Positions 20,232 through 29,063 of a stretch of 64,000 nucleotides of DNA are shown here, one piece after another (the stretch's first letter is position 1; each line of letters begins with the position of its first letter). The stretch is from the NCBI GenBank assembly GCA_029288725.1, contig JARIGS010000023.1, forward strand, positions 20,582 to 84,581, in the 5' to 3' direction. The notes below the pieces were generated by a model. That model was given only the letters and a program-made list of their open reading frames with translations. It did no database searches and had not been told where the DNA came from. The position numbers and the translations under genes were made by a program. This DNA is from Candidatus Nomurabacteria bacterium. Lineage in GTDB: Bacteria; Patescibacteriota; Minisyncoccia; Phycocordibacterales; UBA9973.

Positions 20232-20681
20232 ATGAATCTACTACAACGTACAACAGCAAATAAAAAAGCAAAGACCGTTGGTCGCGGCTCAAAGCGCGGA
20301 AAGACTTCTGGTCGCGGAACGAAAGGGCAGAAGGCTCGTGCTGGTCACAAGATCCGTCCAGAAATTCGTGATCGTATCAAGAAGCTTCCAAAGCTTCGCG
20401 GACGCGGCAAGAACATCAACAAGGCGTTTCGCATCGATGCAACCGTCGTTAACCTTTCAGTGCTTTCAAAGGCATTTCCAGCAAATGCTTCAGTTACTCC
20501 TTCAGCACTGTTTGAAAAGGGTCTCATCCGTCGCACTGGCGGCAAGATTCCTGCAGTCAAGATTTTGGCTGGCGGTGAAATGAAACATGCCGTTACCGTG
20601 TACGGATGTGAAGTATCAGCAGCAGCCAAGGTGAAAATCGAGGCGGCAGGCGGTACCGTGAAAGGGGCTGCTAAGGAATAA
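20232..20681 (+). CDS. rplO: 50S ribosomal protein L15
   Basis: VGRGSKRGKTSGRGTKGQKAR..KIEAAGG. Confidence 0.96.
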   Translation: MNLLQRTTANKKAKTVGRGSKRGKTSGRGTKGQKARAGHKIRPEIRDRIKKLPKLRGRGKNINKAFRIDATVVNLSVLSKAFPANASVTPSALFEKGLIRRTGGKIPAVKILAGGEMKHAVTVYGCEVSAAAKVKIEAAGGTVKGAAKE

Positions 20682-20689
20682 TTACCCTC

Positions 20690-21961
20690 ATGAATACATT
20701 TTTCAAAAAGCTTAAGATGATGTTTGTCGACCGATCGATTCGCAATCGTCTGCTTTTTGTTATTGCCATGCTGGCAGCATTCCGTTTCCTTGCCACTATT
20801 CCTGTACCGGGCGTTGATACGTCTGCCATTTCTCAGGCATTCAGTAGCAACCAGTTTCTCAGTCTCTTCAACGTAGTCTCTGGTGGCGGTCTTTCAACAT
20901 TCTCTATTGTGATGCTTGGTGTTAGTCCATACATTACTGCTTCTATCATCATGCAGCTTATCGGTATGATGGTGCCTTCAATGAAGGAACTGATGCAGGA
21001 AAGTGGCGAGATTGGCCGCAAGAAATTCAACCAGTACACTCGCTTGCTCACTGTGCCAATCGCATTCCTTCAGGGCTTTGCCTTTATCAAATACCTTCAG
21101 TCTCAGGGCGCAATCGGCGCATTGTCATTGCACACCCTTCTTTTCAATATTGTCATCATCACTGGCGGCTCAATGCTCTTGCTCTGGATCGGTGAATTAA
21201 TCAGTGAATTCGGTGTCGGAAACGGTACCTCAATGATCATCTTGGCTGGTATTCTTGCCCAGATTCCTCCAAAGATCTCACAGTTCTTCTTTACCTTCAC
21301 GATTGATCAGCTTCCAGTAGTACTGCTCTTCCTTGCTGTTGGTCTTCTTGTGATCGCTGGTGTGGTGTACATTTACGAAGCAGAACGTCCAATCAAGATC
21401 ACGTATGCTCGTCAGGTTCGCGGTATTCGCTCATTTGGTGGTGATGACACCTACTTGCCGCTTCGCCTTACTCAGGCTGGAGTGATTCCAATCATCTTCG
21501 CGTCATCATTCCTTCTTTTCCCGCAGTTCTTCATCAGTCTTTTCCAGAACTCATCACACGTGTGGCTGCAAAACGTTTCAGCGTTCTTCGGTACCTTCCT
21601 TGCAAGTACCTGGTGGTACTCAGCGGTATACTTCTTCCTCGTGGTCTTCTTCACCTATTTCTATACTGCGGTGACTTTCGATCCTCAGCAGATCGCCGAA
21701 AACCTTCAGAAGAATGGTGCCTTTATCCCTGGTACTCGTCCTGGTGAGGCAACCAACTCTTTCATTGGTGCGGTAGTAACTCGCATCACTCTCGTTGGTT
21801 CACTCTTCCTCGGTATCATTGCGGTTCTTCCATTGGTAGTGAAAAGCACAACCGGTATCACGGCCTTCGCTATCGGCGGTACCTCACTCTTGATTACCGT
21901 ATCGGTTATCATTGACCTTATCCGCCGCGTTGACGCCCAAGTCGAAATGCAGGAATACTAA
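20690..21961 (+). CDS. secY: Preprotein translocase SecY
   Basis: LGVSPYITASII, GVGNGTS, AGVIPIIFA, IPGTRPG. Confidence 0.98.
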   Translation: MNTFFKKLKMMFVDRSIRNRLLFVIAMLAAFRFLATIPVPGVDTSAISQAFSSNQFLSLFNVVSGGGLSTFSIVMLGVSPYITASIIMQLIGMMVPSMKELMQESGEIGRKKFNQYTRLLTVPIAFLQGFAFIKYLQSQGAIGALSLHTLLFNIVIITGGSMLLLWIGELISEFGVGNGTSMIILAGILAQIPPKISQFFFTFTIDQLPVVLLFLAVGLLVIAGVVYIYEAERPIKITYARQVRGIRSFGGDDTYLPLRLTQAGVIPIIFASSFLLFPQFFISLFQNSSHVWLQNVSAFFGTFLASTWWYSAVYFFLVVFFTYFYTAVTFDPQQIAENLQKNGAFIPGTRPGEATNSFIGAVVTRITLVGSLFLGIIAVLPLVVKSTTGITAFAIGGTSLLITVSVIIDLIRRVDAQVEMQEY

Positions 21962-22004
21962 ACAAAAAAGTCCCTTAGAGGGGATTTTTTGTTATACTAG
22001 TCCC

Positions 22005-22592
22005 ATGCATCCTGTCTATCTCTTCATTGGTCAGTCCGGCGCCGGTAAAGGCACTCAAGTGGCCCTGCTCAAAGAGTCTATCCTTGCCAAGGATCCTACT
22101 ACTCGTTTTCTTGATATTGAAACCGGTAGCAAGTTCCGTGACTTCATTACGGGTTCAACCTACACGGCCGGTCTAGTCCGAGAGCTGATCGCACAGGGAA
22201 AGCTTCCCCCAGCATTTCTTGGTGTCCATATGTGGTCGCATGAGTTGATGGAAGACTATGATGGTACCACCACGGTATTTCTTGATGGCACGCCACGGGT
22301 GGCCGATGAGGTGCCATTATTGCTGTCCGCGGCCCAATTGTATAACTGGACCATCGATGTTATATATGTGGAGATCGGGGATGCCTGGGCCCATGATCGG
22401 ATTACGGGCCGGGGCAGGGAAGATGACAGCCATGAGGAGGCCGTAGGGGGCCGTATACGCTGGTTCCACACCAGTGTGGAACCAGCTATTGAACTGCTCA
22501 AACAGAGCCCTCTGGTGCGTTTTCACGCGATTAATGGGGAACAGACCATAGAGCAGGTTCATCAGGATATTGTGAGAAGCTTGGCGGCATAG
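22005..22592 (+). CDS. adk: Adenylate kinase-family nucleoside monophosphate kinase
   Basis: GQSGAGKGTQ P-loop, LDGTPR, RGREDD; position after secY. Confidence 0.85.
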   Translation: MHPVYLFIGQSGAGKGTQVALLKESILAKDPTTRFLDIETGSKFRDFITGSTYTAGLVRELIAQGKLPPAFLGVHMWSHELMEDYDGTTTVFLDGTPRVADEVPLLLSAAQLYNWTIDVIYVEIGDAWAHDRITGRGREDDSHEEAVGGRIRWFHTSVEPAIELLKQSPLVRFHAINGEQTIEQVHQDIVRSLAA

Positions 22593-22600
22593 CTTCAACA

Positions 22601-22762
22601 GAGGTGGTATATTGCTCCCAGCTGTCCGGGGTTGTATCCACTCTGCGTGAATAAAAAGTTATAACGTTTCCAGTGCTACGTAATGCGAGGCCGGAGATGA
22701 GCTAATCTTTTCCCGCCTGCTTGCCAGGGAAAAATTAGGTCATCGAAGCAATACACCACTTC
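22601..22762 (+). ncRNA. Unassigned ~160-nt structured RNA (6S-like rod or map leader)
   Basis: 16-bp closing stem gaggtggtatattgct/agcaatacaccacttc; inner stems tccgg/ccgga and ttgtat/atgcga; side hairpin gatgagctaatcttttccc/gggaaaaattaggtcatc. Confidence 0.55.
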
Positions 22763-22783
22763 ATAGGTGACTAATATAAATAC

Positions 22784-23554
22784 ATGATAATCATAAAAAC
22801 AGAAAATGAAATAGAACGTCTACGAAAAGGAGGGAAAATACTCGCTGGTATTTTGAAACAGCTATCTGAGGCGGTTAAGCCAGGAATTACGACTGAATCA
22901 TTAGACGCTCTCACTAATGAGCTAGTTGCAAAAGCGGGTTGTACTCCTGCATTGTTGAATTACAAACCCGAGGGAGCGGATCACCCATTTCCTAAAAGTA
23001 TTTGTATCTCAGTAAATAGTGAGGTGGTACATGGTATACCCGGAAATAAGATTCTTAACGATGGTGATACCGTAGCATTGGATCTTGTAATTAATTACGA
23101 TGGTGTTTTTCTTGATAGTACTGTTACCGTTCCGGTAGGGGAGATTGCTCCAAAAAATAAACAATTGCTCTCTCTTACCAAATCCGCTCTTGATGAGGCT
23201 ATTGCTGCCATCAAGCCAGGTGCTACGGTGGGTGACATTGGTCATGCAGTAGAACAATTTGTGAAGCCCTACCGCCTCGGTATTGTCCGAGGATTGTCCG
23301 GGCATGGTGTCGGCCGTGCTATTCATGAGGATCCGTATATTCCAAACTATGGCAAGAAAGGGAAGGGGGAGAAATTGGTACCTGGCATGGTTATCGCTAT
23401 TGAACCAATGCTCACTCGGGGGGCTGAGGATGTTATCCAAATGAGAGACGGATATACTCTTAAAACTATCGACAACTCCCGCTCTGCTCACTTTGAGCAC
23501 ACTGTACTGATCAAGGAGGACGGCTATCCGGAAGTACTGACTATAGAAAAATAA
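22784..23554 (+). CDS. map: Type I methionine aminopeptidase
   Basis: SVNSEVVHGIP, GHGVG..HEDP, AIEPM, AHFEHT. Confidence 0.96.
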   Translation: MIIIKTENEIERLRKGGKILAGILKQLSEAVKPGITTESLDALTNELVAKAGCTPALLNYKPEGADHPFPKSICISVNSEVVHGIPGNKILNDGDTVALDLVINYDGVFLDSTVTVPVGEIAPKNKQLLSLTKSALDEAIAAIKPGATVGDIGHAVEQFVKPYRLGIVRGLSGHGVGRAIHEDPYIPNYGKKGKGEKLVPGMVIAIEPMLTRGAEDVIQMRDGYTLKTIDNSRSAHFEHTVLIKEDGYPEVLTIEK

Positions 23555-23559
23555 ATAGT

Positions 23560-23982
23560 ATGAAATGGTATTTTGCGTCAAGGATGCGTCACAAAGAAAA
23601 GCTTGTAGAAGTTAGTGATTTTTTAAAGAGCAAGAACGAAACCATTCTTTCACAATGGATTTACGAAGATTCTCTAAAGCCCTATGATCAAAATATTGAT
23701 AAAGTGAACGTCTTATCAAAGAAGGTGGTGAGCAATCTTTTAGATTCAGATATTTTTGTATTAATTAGCGATCCGGAAGGAACGGATATGTTTATTGAGC
23801 TAGGTGTTTGTTTGGCAAAAAAGGAACTTTCAAAAAACATAAAAATTTATATTGTAGGAGGATACGCAAAACGGTCACTGATGCAGCTTCATCCTGACAT
23901 ACTGCATGTGAAGGATATAAAGGAACTGTTTACCTTAGAAAATATAGATACTCAAGAAGTTACGATGCCAAAATTGTCATAA
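23560..23982 (+). CDS. Hypothetical protein, nucleoside 2-deoxyribosyltransferase-like fold
   Basis: WYFAS..DSDIFVLI...GTDMFIELG pattern; low GC. Confidence 0.5.
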   Translation: MKWYFASRMRHKEKLVEVSDFLKSKNETILSQWIYEDSLKPYDQNIDKVNVLSKKVVSNLLDSDIFVLISDPEGTDMFIELGVCLAKKELSKNIKIYIVGGYAKRSLMQLHPDILHVKDIKELFTLENIDTQEVTMPKLS

Positions 23983-24031
23983 AACCTTTAGGAATTCTTA
24001 TCTAAAACTTTATTTCAAAAATGCATAATTA

Positions 24032-24429
24032 ATGGTTATGCAGAAAGATTTTAATACATGGAATAAGAAGAAAAAGGTATTAGATGATAATAAAATTAAA
24101 TACAGTTTCTTTTACCATGAAAGGGAAATATGGTGGACATCAATAGGTTTAAATATTGGAGTTGAAACGGACGGTAAAAATGACTCTTTCGAAAGGCCTG
24201 TCTTAATAATTAAAAAATTCAATAAAGATATGTTTTGGGGTATTCCGCTAACCTCTCATAAAAAAGAAGGAATATTTTTTTTGAAATTATTCACCCGGAT
24301 GGAACATCTTGGGCGATATTAAGTCAAATGAGAGTTTTTAGTACGAAAAGGTTGTTGAGAAAAATGACCACTATGTCTCGGATAGAATTTCATTACTTAA
24401 AAACAAAAATAATGGAGTATTTAATCTAA
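24032..24429 (+). pseudogene. PemK/MazF-family toxin frameshifted at a T8 run
   Basis: EREIWWTSIGLNIGVETDGK..ERPVLI..GIPLTS; adding one T at 24275-24282 restores ...WAILSQMRVFSTKRLLRKM...EYLI*. Confidence 0.75.
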
Positions 24430-24503
24430 CAAGTAAAACGAATCCCCCTCGTAAAAGGGGGATTCTCGGAGGCCTAGGCCACTAATACTAACAGTGTATC
24501 AGA

Positions 24504-24848
24504 TTATGATACCTTGTCTACGATTCGCTTGAAGGTTTCAGGATTGGTGTGAGCAAGGTCTGCAAGGATCTTACGGTCTACCTCGATGCTGTTCTTCTTA
24601 AGCGCATCCATGAACTTTGAGTAGGTCGTGCCAAGGGTGCGGACTGCAGCATTGATCTGAATCTGCCAGATGCGACGCTTGTCGCTTTTCTTGTCACGGC
24701 GGTGCGCAAAGGCGTAACTACCAGCATGAGCGATGGCATCCTTTGCCATTCGTTCCTTGGTACTGCGACCAAAACGGTAGCCCTTTACCTGGGCTAGGAC
24801 GTTCTTGCGGCGCTTATTTGCTATGGTTCCTCGTTTTACGCGTGTCAT
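24504..24848 (-). CDS. rplT: 50S ribosomal protein L20
   Basis: MTRVKRG..KGYRFGRS..WQIQINAA..DRKILA. Confidence 0.97.
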   Translation of the reverse strand: MTRVKRGTIANKRRKNVLAQVKGYRFGRSTKERMAKDAIAHAGSYAFAHRRDKKSDKRRIWQIQINAAVRTLGTTYSKFMDALKKNSIEVDRKILADLAHTNPETFKRIVDKVS

Positions 24849-24876
24849 GGGAGTAGATTAATTAACTATATAAAGA

Positions 24877-25068
24877 TTATCGGTGAGGGATAAACTGGGC
24901 AATGTTCTTTGCCGTCATGGTAAATTCCTGACCCTTTTTGCCTGCCAATTGCTTGGTTCGAGACTGCTTGGCATTAAAGTGGTTAAACCCTGGGGTTCGA
25001 CCAATAATTTTGCCAGTTTTCGTCAATTTAAGGCGTTTTGTATATGATTTGTTGGTTTTTGTAGCCAT
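24877..25068 (-). CDS. rpmI: 50S ribosomal protein L35
   Basis: KTNKSYTKRLKLTKTGK; lies between infC and rplT. Confidence 0.92.
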   Translation of the reverse strand: MATKTNKSYTKRLKLTKTGKIIGRTPGFNHFNAKQSRTKQLAGKKGQEFTMTAKNIAQFIPHR

Positions 25069-25076
25069 AAAGGGGT

Positions 25077-25595
25077 TTATTTCGCACTTTTGTCTCGCTC
25101 GATCACAATGGCTAGGCCTTTGGGAGAGCGTTTATGTGGCTCTGCAATCTTATAGTGTTCTGTCACAAAATGCAAGACCCGGTCAAGTCTTTCCCGGAGA
25201 AAGGCTTCATCCATGCCCTTTGAGCGCCCGCGGAGGAAAAGCTCGACTTTTATGCGGTGTCCTTCCTTCAGCCACTTTGAGGCGGTCTTGGCCTTTAGTT
25301 CCAAATCGTGGTCACCAGTACCCACCTTGATCTGAATAGACTTGGTTTCACTAGCCTTGGCGCCGCTTTTGGCTTTTTGGAGCTTTTTCTTCTGTTCATA
25401 CAGGTATTTGCCGTATTCAATGATCTTGGCAATAGCTGGTTTAGCCTGGGCATTGATTTCGACAAGGTCGGCACCCTGGGCAGCTGCCATCGCAAGCGCT
25501 TCTTCTAAGGGAAGGATACCGAGACTTTCGCCTTCTGCGTCAAGGACGCGAAGTTCGGTAGCGCGTATTTGTTTGTTGATTCGTTCCTTCAAAAT
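25077..25595 (-). CDS. infC: Translation initiation factor IF-3 (probable ATT start)
   Basis: RINKQIRATELRV..DLVEI..YGKYLYE..HDLELK; no in-frame ATG nearby, ATA-ATC-ATT-TTG precedes KERIN. Confidence 0.93.
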   Translation of the reverse strand: MLKERINKQIRATELRVLDAEGESLGILPLEEALAMAAAQGADLVEINAQAKPAIAKIIEYGKYLYEQKKKLQKAKSGAKASETKSIQIKVGTGDHDLELKAKTASKWLKEGHRIKVELFLRGRSKGMDEAFLRERLDRVLHFVTEHYKIAEPHKRSPKGLAIVIERDKSAK

Positions 25596-25666
25596 GATTA
25601 TAGTGACAGTTAATGAGTCTTTATAATACCGAAAAAAAGCATAATAGTCAATCAAATAAGGCTCAA

Positions 25667-26413
25667 ATGTCTGCCGAGGGAGTGATATTGTTCTGGAAAC
25701 AACCAGGCGAGACGTTGGCGGTATTGTTGCGCCGTTTTCGGGAAGAGCGGGGACTTTCTGCCGATGAGAAAGTAACCTATGCCGGACGACTGGATCCGAT
25801 GGCCGAGGGCATCGTGCCGATACTAGTAGGGGAAGCCCGCTTTCAAAAGGATCACCTTATCGGTAAAGCAAAGACCTATGAGGTAGATATATTGTTGGGG
25901 ATTGGTACTGATACGGGGGACATGCTTGGGGTTGCTTCGCCGCGCCATAGCTTTAGCGGAGGAGGGGCTACGGAAAAAAGTGATATTCAAAAGGCCATCA
26001 TCGAACTCTCCCACACCACCGAACTTCCATACCCTCGCTACTCCTCCCGCCCTGTCGACGGCACGCCATTATTTATGCATGCCCGAGCGGGTCGGGCTGT
26101 GACAGTGCCGATTAAGAAGGTCACTATATATAGTATGGAGCTGCTTGGCATTGATGCATTGCCATTATCTACGTTACTCGGTACCGCACAGGATATCATC
26201 AAAAAAGTACAGGGGGATTTTCGACAGGAAGCTATCCTTGAGCAATGGGAAAAGTTAAAAAAAGAAGAGGGAGATACAGCCGCAACAATTGTTCGTATCC
26301 GCACCACCGTTTCATCCGGTACCTATATGCGCTCATTGGCTGAGAGAATGGGGGAGCTCCTCGGCGTGCCAGCATTGGCATATACCATCAAAAGAACTGC
26401 TGTTGAGGAATAA
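25667..26413 (+). CDS. truB: tRNA pseudouridine(55) synthase TruB-like
   Basis: YAGRLDPMAEG, KTYEV, YPRYSS, VSSGTYMRSLA. Confidence 0.85.
   Translation: MSAEGVILFWKQPGETLAVLLRRFREERGLSADEKVTYAGRLDPMAEGIVPILVGEARFQKDHLIGKAKTYEVDILLGIGTDTGDMLGVASPRHSFSGGGATEKSDIQKAIIELSHTTELPYPRYSSRPVDGTPLFMHARAGRAVTVPIKKVTIYSMELLGIDALPLSTLLGTAQDIIKKVQGDFRQEAILEQWEKLKKEEGDTAATIVRIRTTVSSGTYMRSLAERMGELLGVPALAYTIKRTAVEE
25934..25967 (+). repeat. Palindromic repeat copy, in frame in truB
   Basis: gcttcgccgcgccatagctttagcggaggagggg encodes ASPRHSFSGGG. Confidence 0.8.
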
Positions 26414-26457
26414 TAAAAGCCGATGCAATATGCATCGGTCTTTTCTTTCTCCATAAA

Positions 26458-26652
26458 TCAAGCGGTCTGCCTTTTGCCGGCGTCATTTTCTTTTGAGCTC
26501 ATGGCAACAACGTTGCTGTCGGTCGGTTCTTTTTGAAAATGGACGCCGCGCTCTTCGGCGCTTCTGCCCGGTACGTAACGATTGTTAATTTCTTGGAATA
26601 CTTGTCCCGGGTTCACCCTTGAAACCTTGTTGGGGTCTGTTACTTGTTTCAT
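26458..26652 (-). CDS. Small orphan protein (64 aa)
   Basis: Own TTGACT promoter, A-rich leader and downstream hairpin. Confidence 0.5.
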   Translation of the reverse strand: MKQVTDPNKVSRVNPGQVFQEINNRYVPGRSAEERGVHFQKEPTDSNVVAMSSKENDAGKRQTA

Positions 26653-26741
26653 GTTAATCAATAATTTATTTTGTCTTATTATTGCACTAAACAAACAAAA
26701 GTCAATGTTTTGGATTAGAGCTTCAGGCGTATACTGGCCTT

Positions 26742-27269
26742 ATGGAAAAAGGCTTTTCCCTTGAACGATATAGCCCCACGCTTGAGCAACGGTTGGAAGA
26801 AATTCAGAGTCGAGCGATACCAGCTGATGAGGCAAAAAGGCTGCAAGAACAGATTGCTGTTTTGGTATTTGAACATGGCGGGAGCACTGCCGAATCCGAC
26901 CGTTTGCAGGCCCAGCTCGATGCCAGCACTCTGACAGTACAAACGCTTGGTGAATTTACGACCTTGTTGGAAAAGGTGGCATTTAGCCCGGAGCACATTG
27001 CTGCGGTACTGGAGAATAGGAAGGATATTCCCCCGCAGGCTGAACAGGCCGGCATTCACAATGAGGGATACTCACTTTTAGTAATGAAGGAGGGGAATGA
27101 GTTTCGCTACGTTGCCTCACAAAATATTTCCCGTCTTGAAATTCGCCAGCCACAGGAAGCCTTGCATGAAGCAATTCCGCAACTTCCTGATACTCGTTCA
27201 GCCGAGGATGAAGCAAAGATACAAAGACTGCGAGAGGAAGCGGAGGAGTCATACAGGGACGCGGCATAG
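26742..27269 (+). CDS. Hypothetical acidic helical protein
   Basis: 175-aa ORF; TATACT 6 nt before ATG. Confidence 0.65.
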   Translation: MEKGFSLERYSPTLEQRLEEIQSRAIPADEAKRLQEQIAVLVFEHGGSTAESDRLQAQLDASTLTVQTLGEFTTLLEKVAFSPEHIAAVLENRKDIPPQAEQAGIHNEGYSLLVMKEGNEFRYVASQNISRLEIRQPQEALHEAIPQLPDTRSAEDEAKIQRLREEAEESYRDAA

Positions 27270-27320
27270 GGAAATTGACATTCATAACAGCTGGAGTACA
27301 GTAGAGAAAAATGTACTCGT

Positions 27321-27869
27321 ATGGACTCAATACTATTATTTTTTGAAATTTTTTCCTTGCTCACTCTGTTGATCGTAGCGTTGAAAATATCAGCACATTA
27401 TTCCGATCCTTATCGAAAGAGCAATGTTCCGCCGTGGCATGTACGGTATTTCAGCAAAGGCTATAAGTCAGGAAAATGCCTCTTTGACGAGGTGGATGAA
27501 GCCGCTGACGTGTATAGCTACCTTACACTGTTTGCTCGGTTGAGTTTTGATCAAAGGTTTATCACCGGAAATGAAAAAGACGAATGTCTTATGTATGACG
27601 AAAACCTAGAAGCTCATTTTGCCCGAAGCAGAAAGCCCACGGAACTATTCATTGCCTCGCAAAAGGGAGGCTATCAGGTATCGGTTCGTTTTATTATGAA
27701 CGGAGGTAGCGTACAGTTGCGGCACATTGAACTTTCGTATGAAGAAGGTCATCCAGGCACACCCCGCTACTTCTTCTGTTCGATTGAAAAGAAATTCTTT
27801 CCGCCTGACCAGGATGATGACAATGCGTCATGCACTCCTTCTGACCCCGTCCTTTTTCAAATGGTGTAA
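27321..27869 (+). CDS. Orphan protein with N-terminal TM anchor
   Basis: TTGACA-16-TACAGT promoter; terminator aaaacccggc-ttatg-gccgggtttt. Confidence 0.6.
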   Translation: MDSILLFFEIFSLLTLLIVALKISAHYSDPYRKSNVPPWHVRYFSKGYKSGKCLFDEVDEAADVYSYLTLFARLSFDQRFITGNEKDECLMYDENLEAHFARSRKPTELFIASQKGGYQVSVRFIMNGGSVQLRHIELSYEEGHPGTPRYFFCSIEKKFFPPDQDDDNASCTPSDPVLFQMV

Positions 27870-27902
27870 AGTAAAACCCGGCTTATGGCCGGGTTTTTGA
27901 AT

Positions 27903-28004
27903 AAAAAAAGCCCGTGGATATGGAGTCCCGGGCCTTTCGAACTATTAATCACCGAAAGATCATTTAACTAATTAAGACTTTAGCATGAGAGGGCTTTTAG
28001 TCAA
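27903..28004 (-). ncRNA. Candidate ~70-nt small RNA (promoter to terminator, no ORF)
   Basis: TTGACT-16-TAAAGT with TG extension; hairpin ctttcg/cgaaag; terminator gcccg..cgggc-T7. Confidence 0.4.
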
Positions 28005-28022
28005 GTATGATAGAATCACGGT

Positions 28023-28136
28023 ATGAATATCTCGTTTAAATACGATATCGAAAAAGACGTTGAAAATTTTCTGAAATCGTTTAGCTCTAGTAATAGTAAA
28101 AAACTCGAATATGGAAGTACCACAAAAGGGTATTGA
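28023..28136 (+). pseudogene. Short ORF, probably a truncated gene start (37 aa)
   Basis: MNISFKYDIEKDVENFLKSFSSSNSKK...; TAGAAT box shortly before ATG. Confidence 0.3.
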
Positions 28137-28184
28137 ATAATAAAAAGCCTATTAACATAGGCTTTTAGATTAAGTAAAAAACGG

Positions 28185-28559
28185 TTAAAGCAGTCTGTAC
28201 ACAGCCTTTGAAAGCTCATTTGTTTTAATATCGCTAGCAAATTCTTGAATTTCATCTTGTACGGGCTTGTCGACAGTTACAGGACTTCTATATTGAATAA
28301 GATAATTATCTAGCATTATTGATAAAAATACAGATTCTTCTTCAGAAATTGGAACCCAAGGAAAGTTGATATAGGCAGATCCGTGCACAACCTCTAACGC
28401 ACAGGAATTAATTACAAAGCATAATTCTATAAAATGCCAGTCTGTATCGAGTTTATGATAAAAAGAAACTTCCATCTTTTTGCCAAGTAAATCGGCTGTC
28501 TGTTTGATACCCAGCTTCTCAAAAAGAGACCTAGACAAATCTTTTGTTGTTTTATCCAT
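28185..28559 (-). CDS. Orphan hypothetical protein
   Basis: 124-aa low-GC ORF with TTGACT promoter and A-rich leader. Confidence 0.6.
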   Translation of the reverse strand: MDKTTKDLSRSLFEKLGIKQTADLLGKKMEVSFYHKLDTDWHFIELCFVINSCALEVVHGSAYINFPWVPISEEESVFLSIMLDNYLIQYRSPVTVDKPVQDEIQEFASDIKTNELSKAVYRLL

Positions 28560-28683
28560 TTCTTCTGTTTTTAATTTGAATTTATATAATCACGCTTTAT
28601 ATAAAAAGTCAATAGATAGGGTTTTTGCAACTATACAGTGAAAAACGAAATAGCCTTAATAAATAAGGCTATTTCGTAATTTG

Positions 28684-29063
28684 TGGAGATGGGGGTATCG
28701 AAACCCCGTGTGGGTGGAGTGGGCAAGTAAATCTCCATGCGTAGTATCACTTAATGTTTAAGCAACGATCTCGAAGTAATACGAAACGATCATTGTCCGA
28801 GTCTCGTCTTATTCGGTGCGCTCCTGAGACGGGGAGGGCTGCCTATTCTGATGCATGTTGCCGCGAAGTCCTTATCAGAAATCTAGACTGCGACACCAAT
28901 TTGACCTAAGTTAGGCGAAGATTGGAATAGCGCCTGCCATGTAGGGAGACGCTACCTTAGATGAACTGTTTGCAGTTATCTGTGTGAGCGAAGGTTACGG
29001 GATTGCGCTCATACCCGGCATGCATACTTGTCCGACGACCATCCGTCGAAACCTTACATCCCC
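28684..29063 (-). ncRNA. ssrA: tmRNA; tag peptide (A)ANSSSKVASPYMAGAIPIFA*
   Basis: 5' GGGGATGTAAGGTTTCGACGG; 3' ggggtttcgatacccc-catctcca; ataact-GCA-AAC resume site at 28973; adjacent to smpB; terminator at 28641-28678. Confidence 0.93.

Noticed and set aside
3230-21912. Many antisense and alternate-frame ORFs over ribosomal genes, fusA, tuf and secY
   Set aside because: Shadow ORFs produced by codon bias; no recognisable motifs or start signals.
22601-22762. RNase P RNA or SRP RNA
   Set aside because: Lacks the GAGGAAAGTCC/CGGCTTA motifs and the SRP helix-8 motif; too short for rnpB.
25593-25601. Missing ATG for infC as a defect
   Set aside because: A non-canonical ATT start is the established IF3 autoregulation feature.
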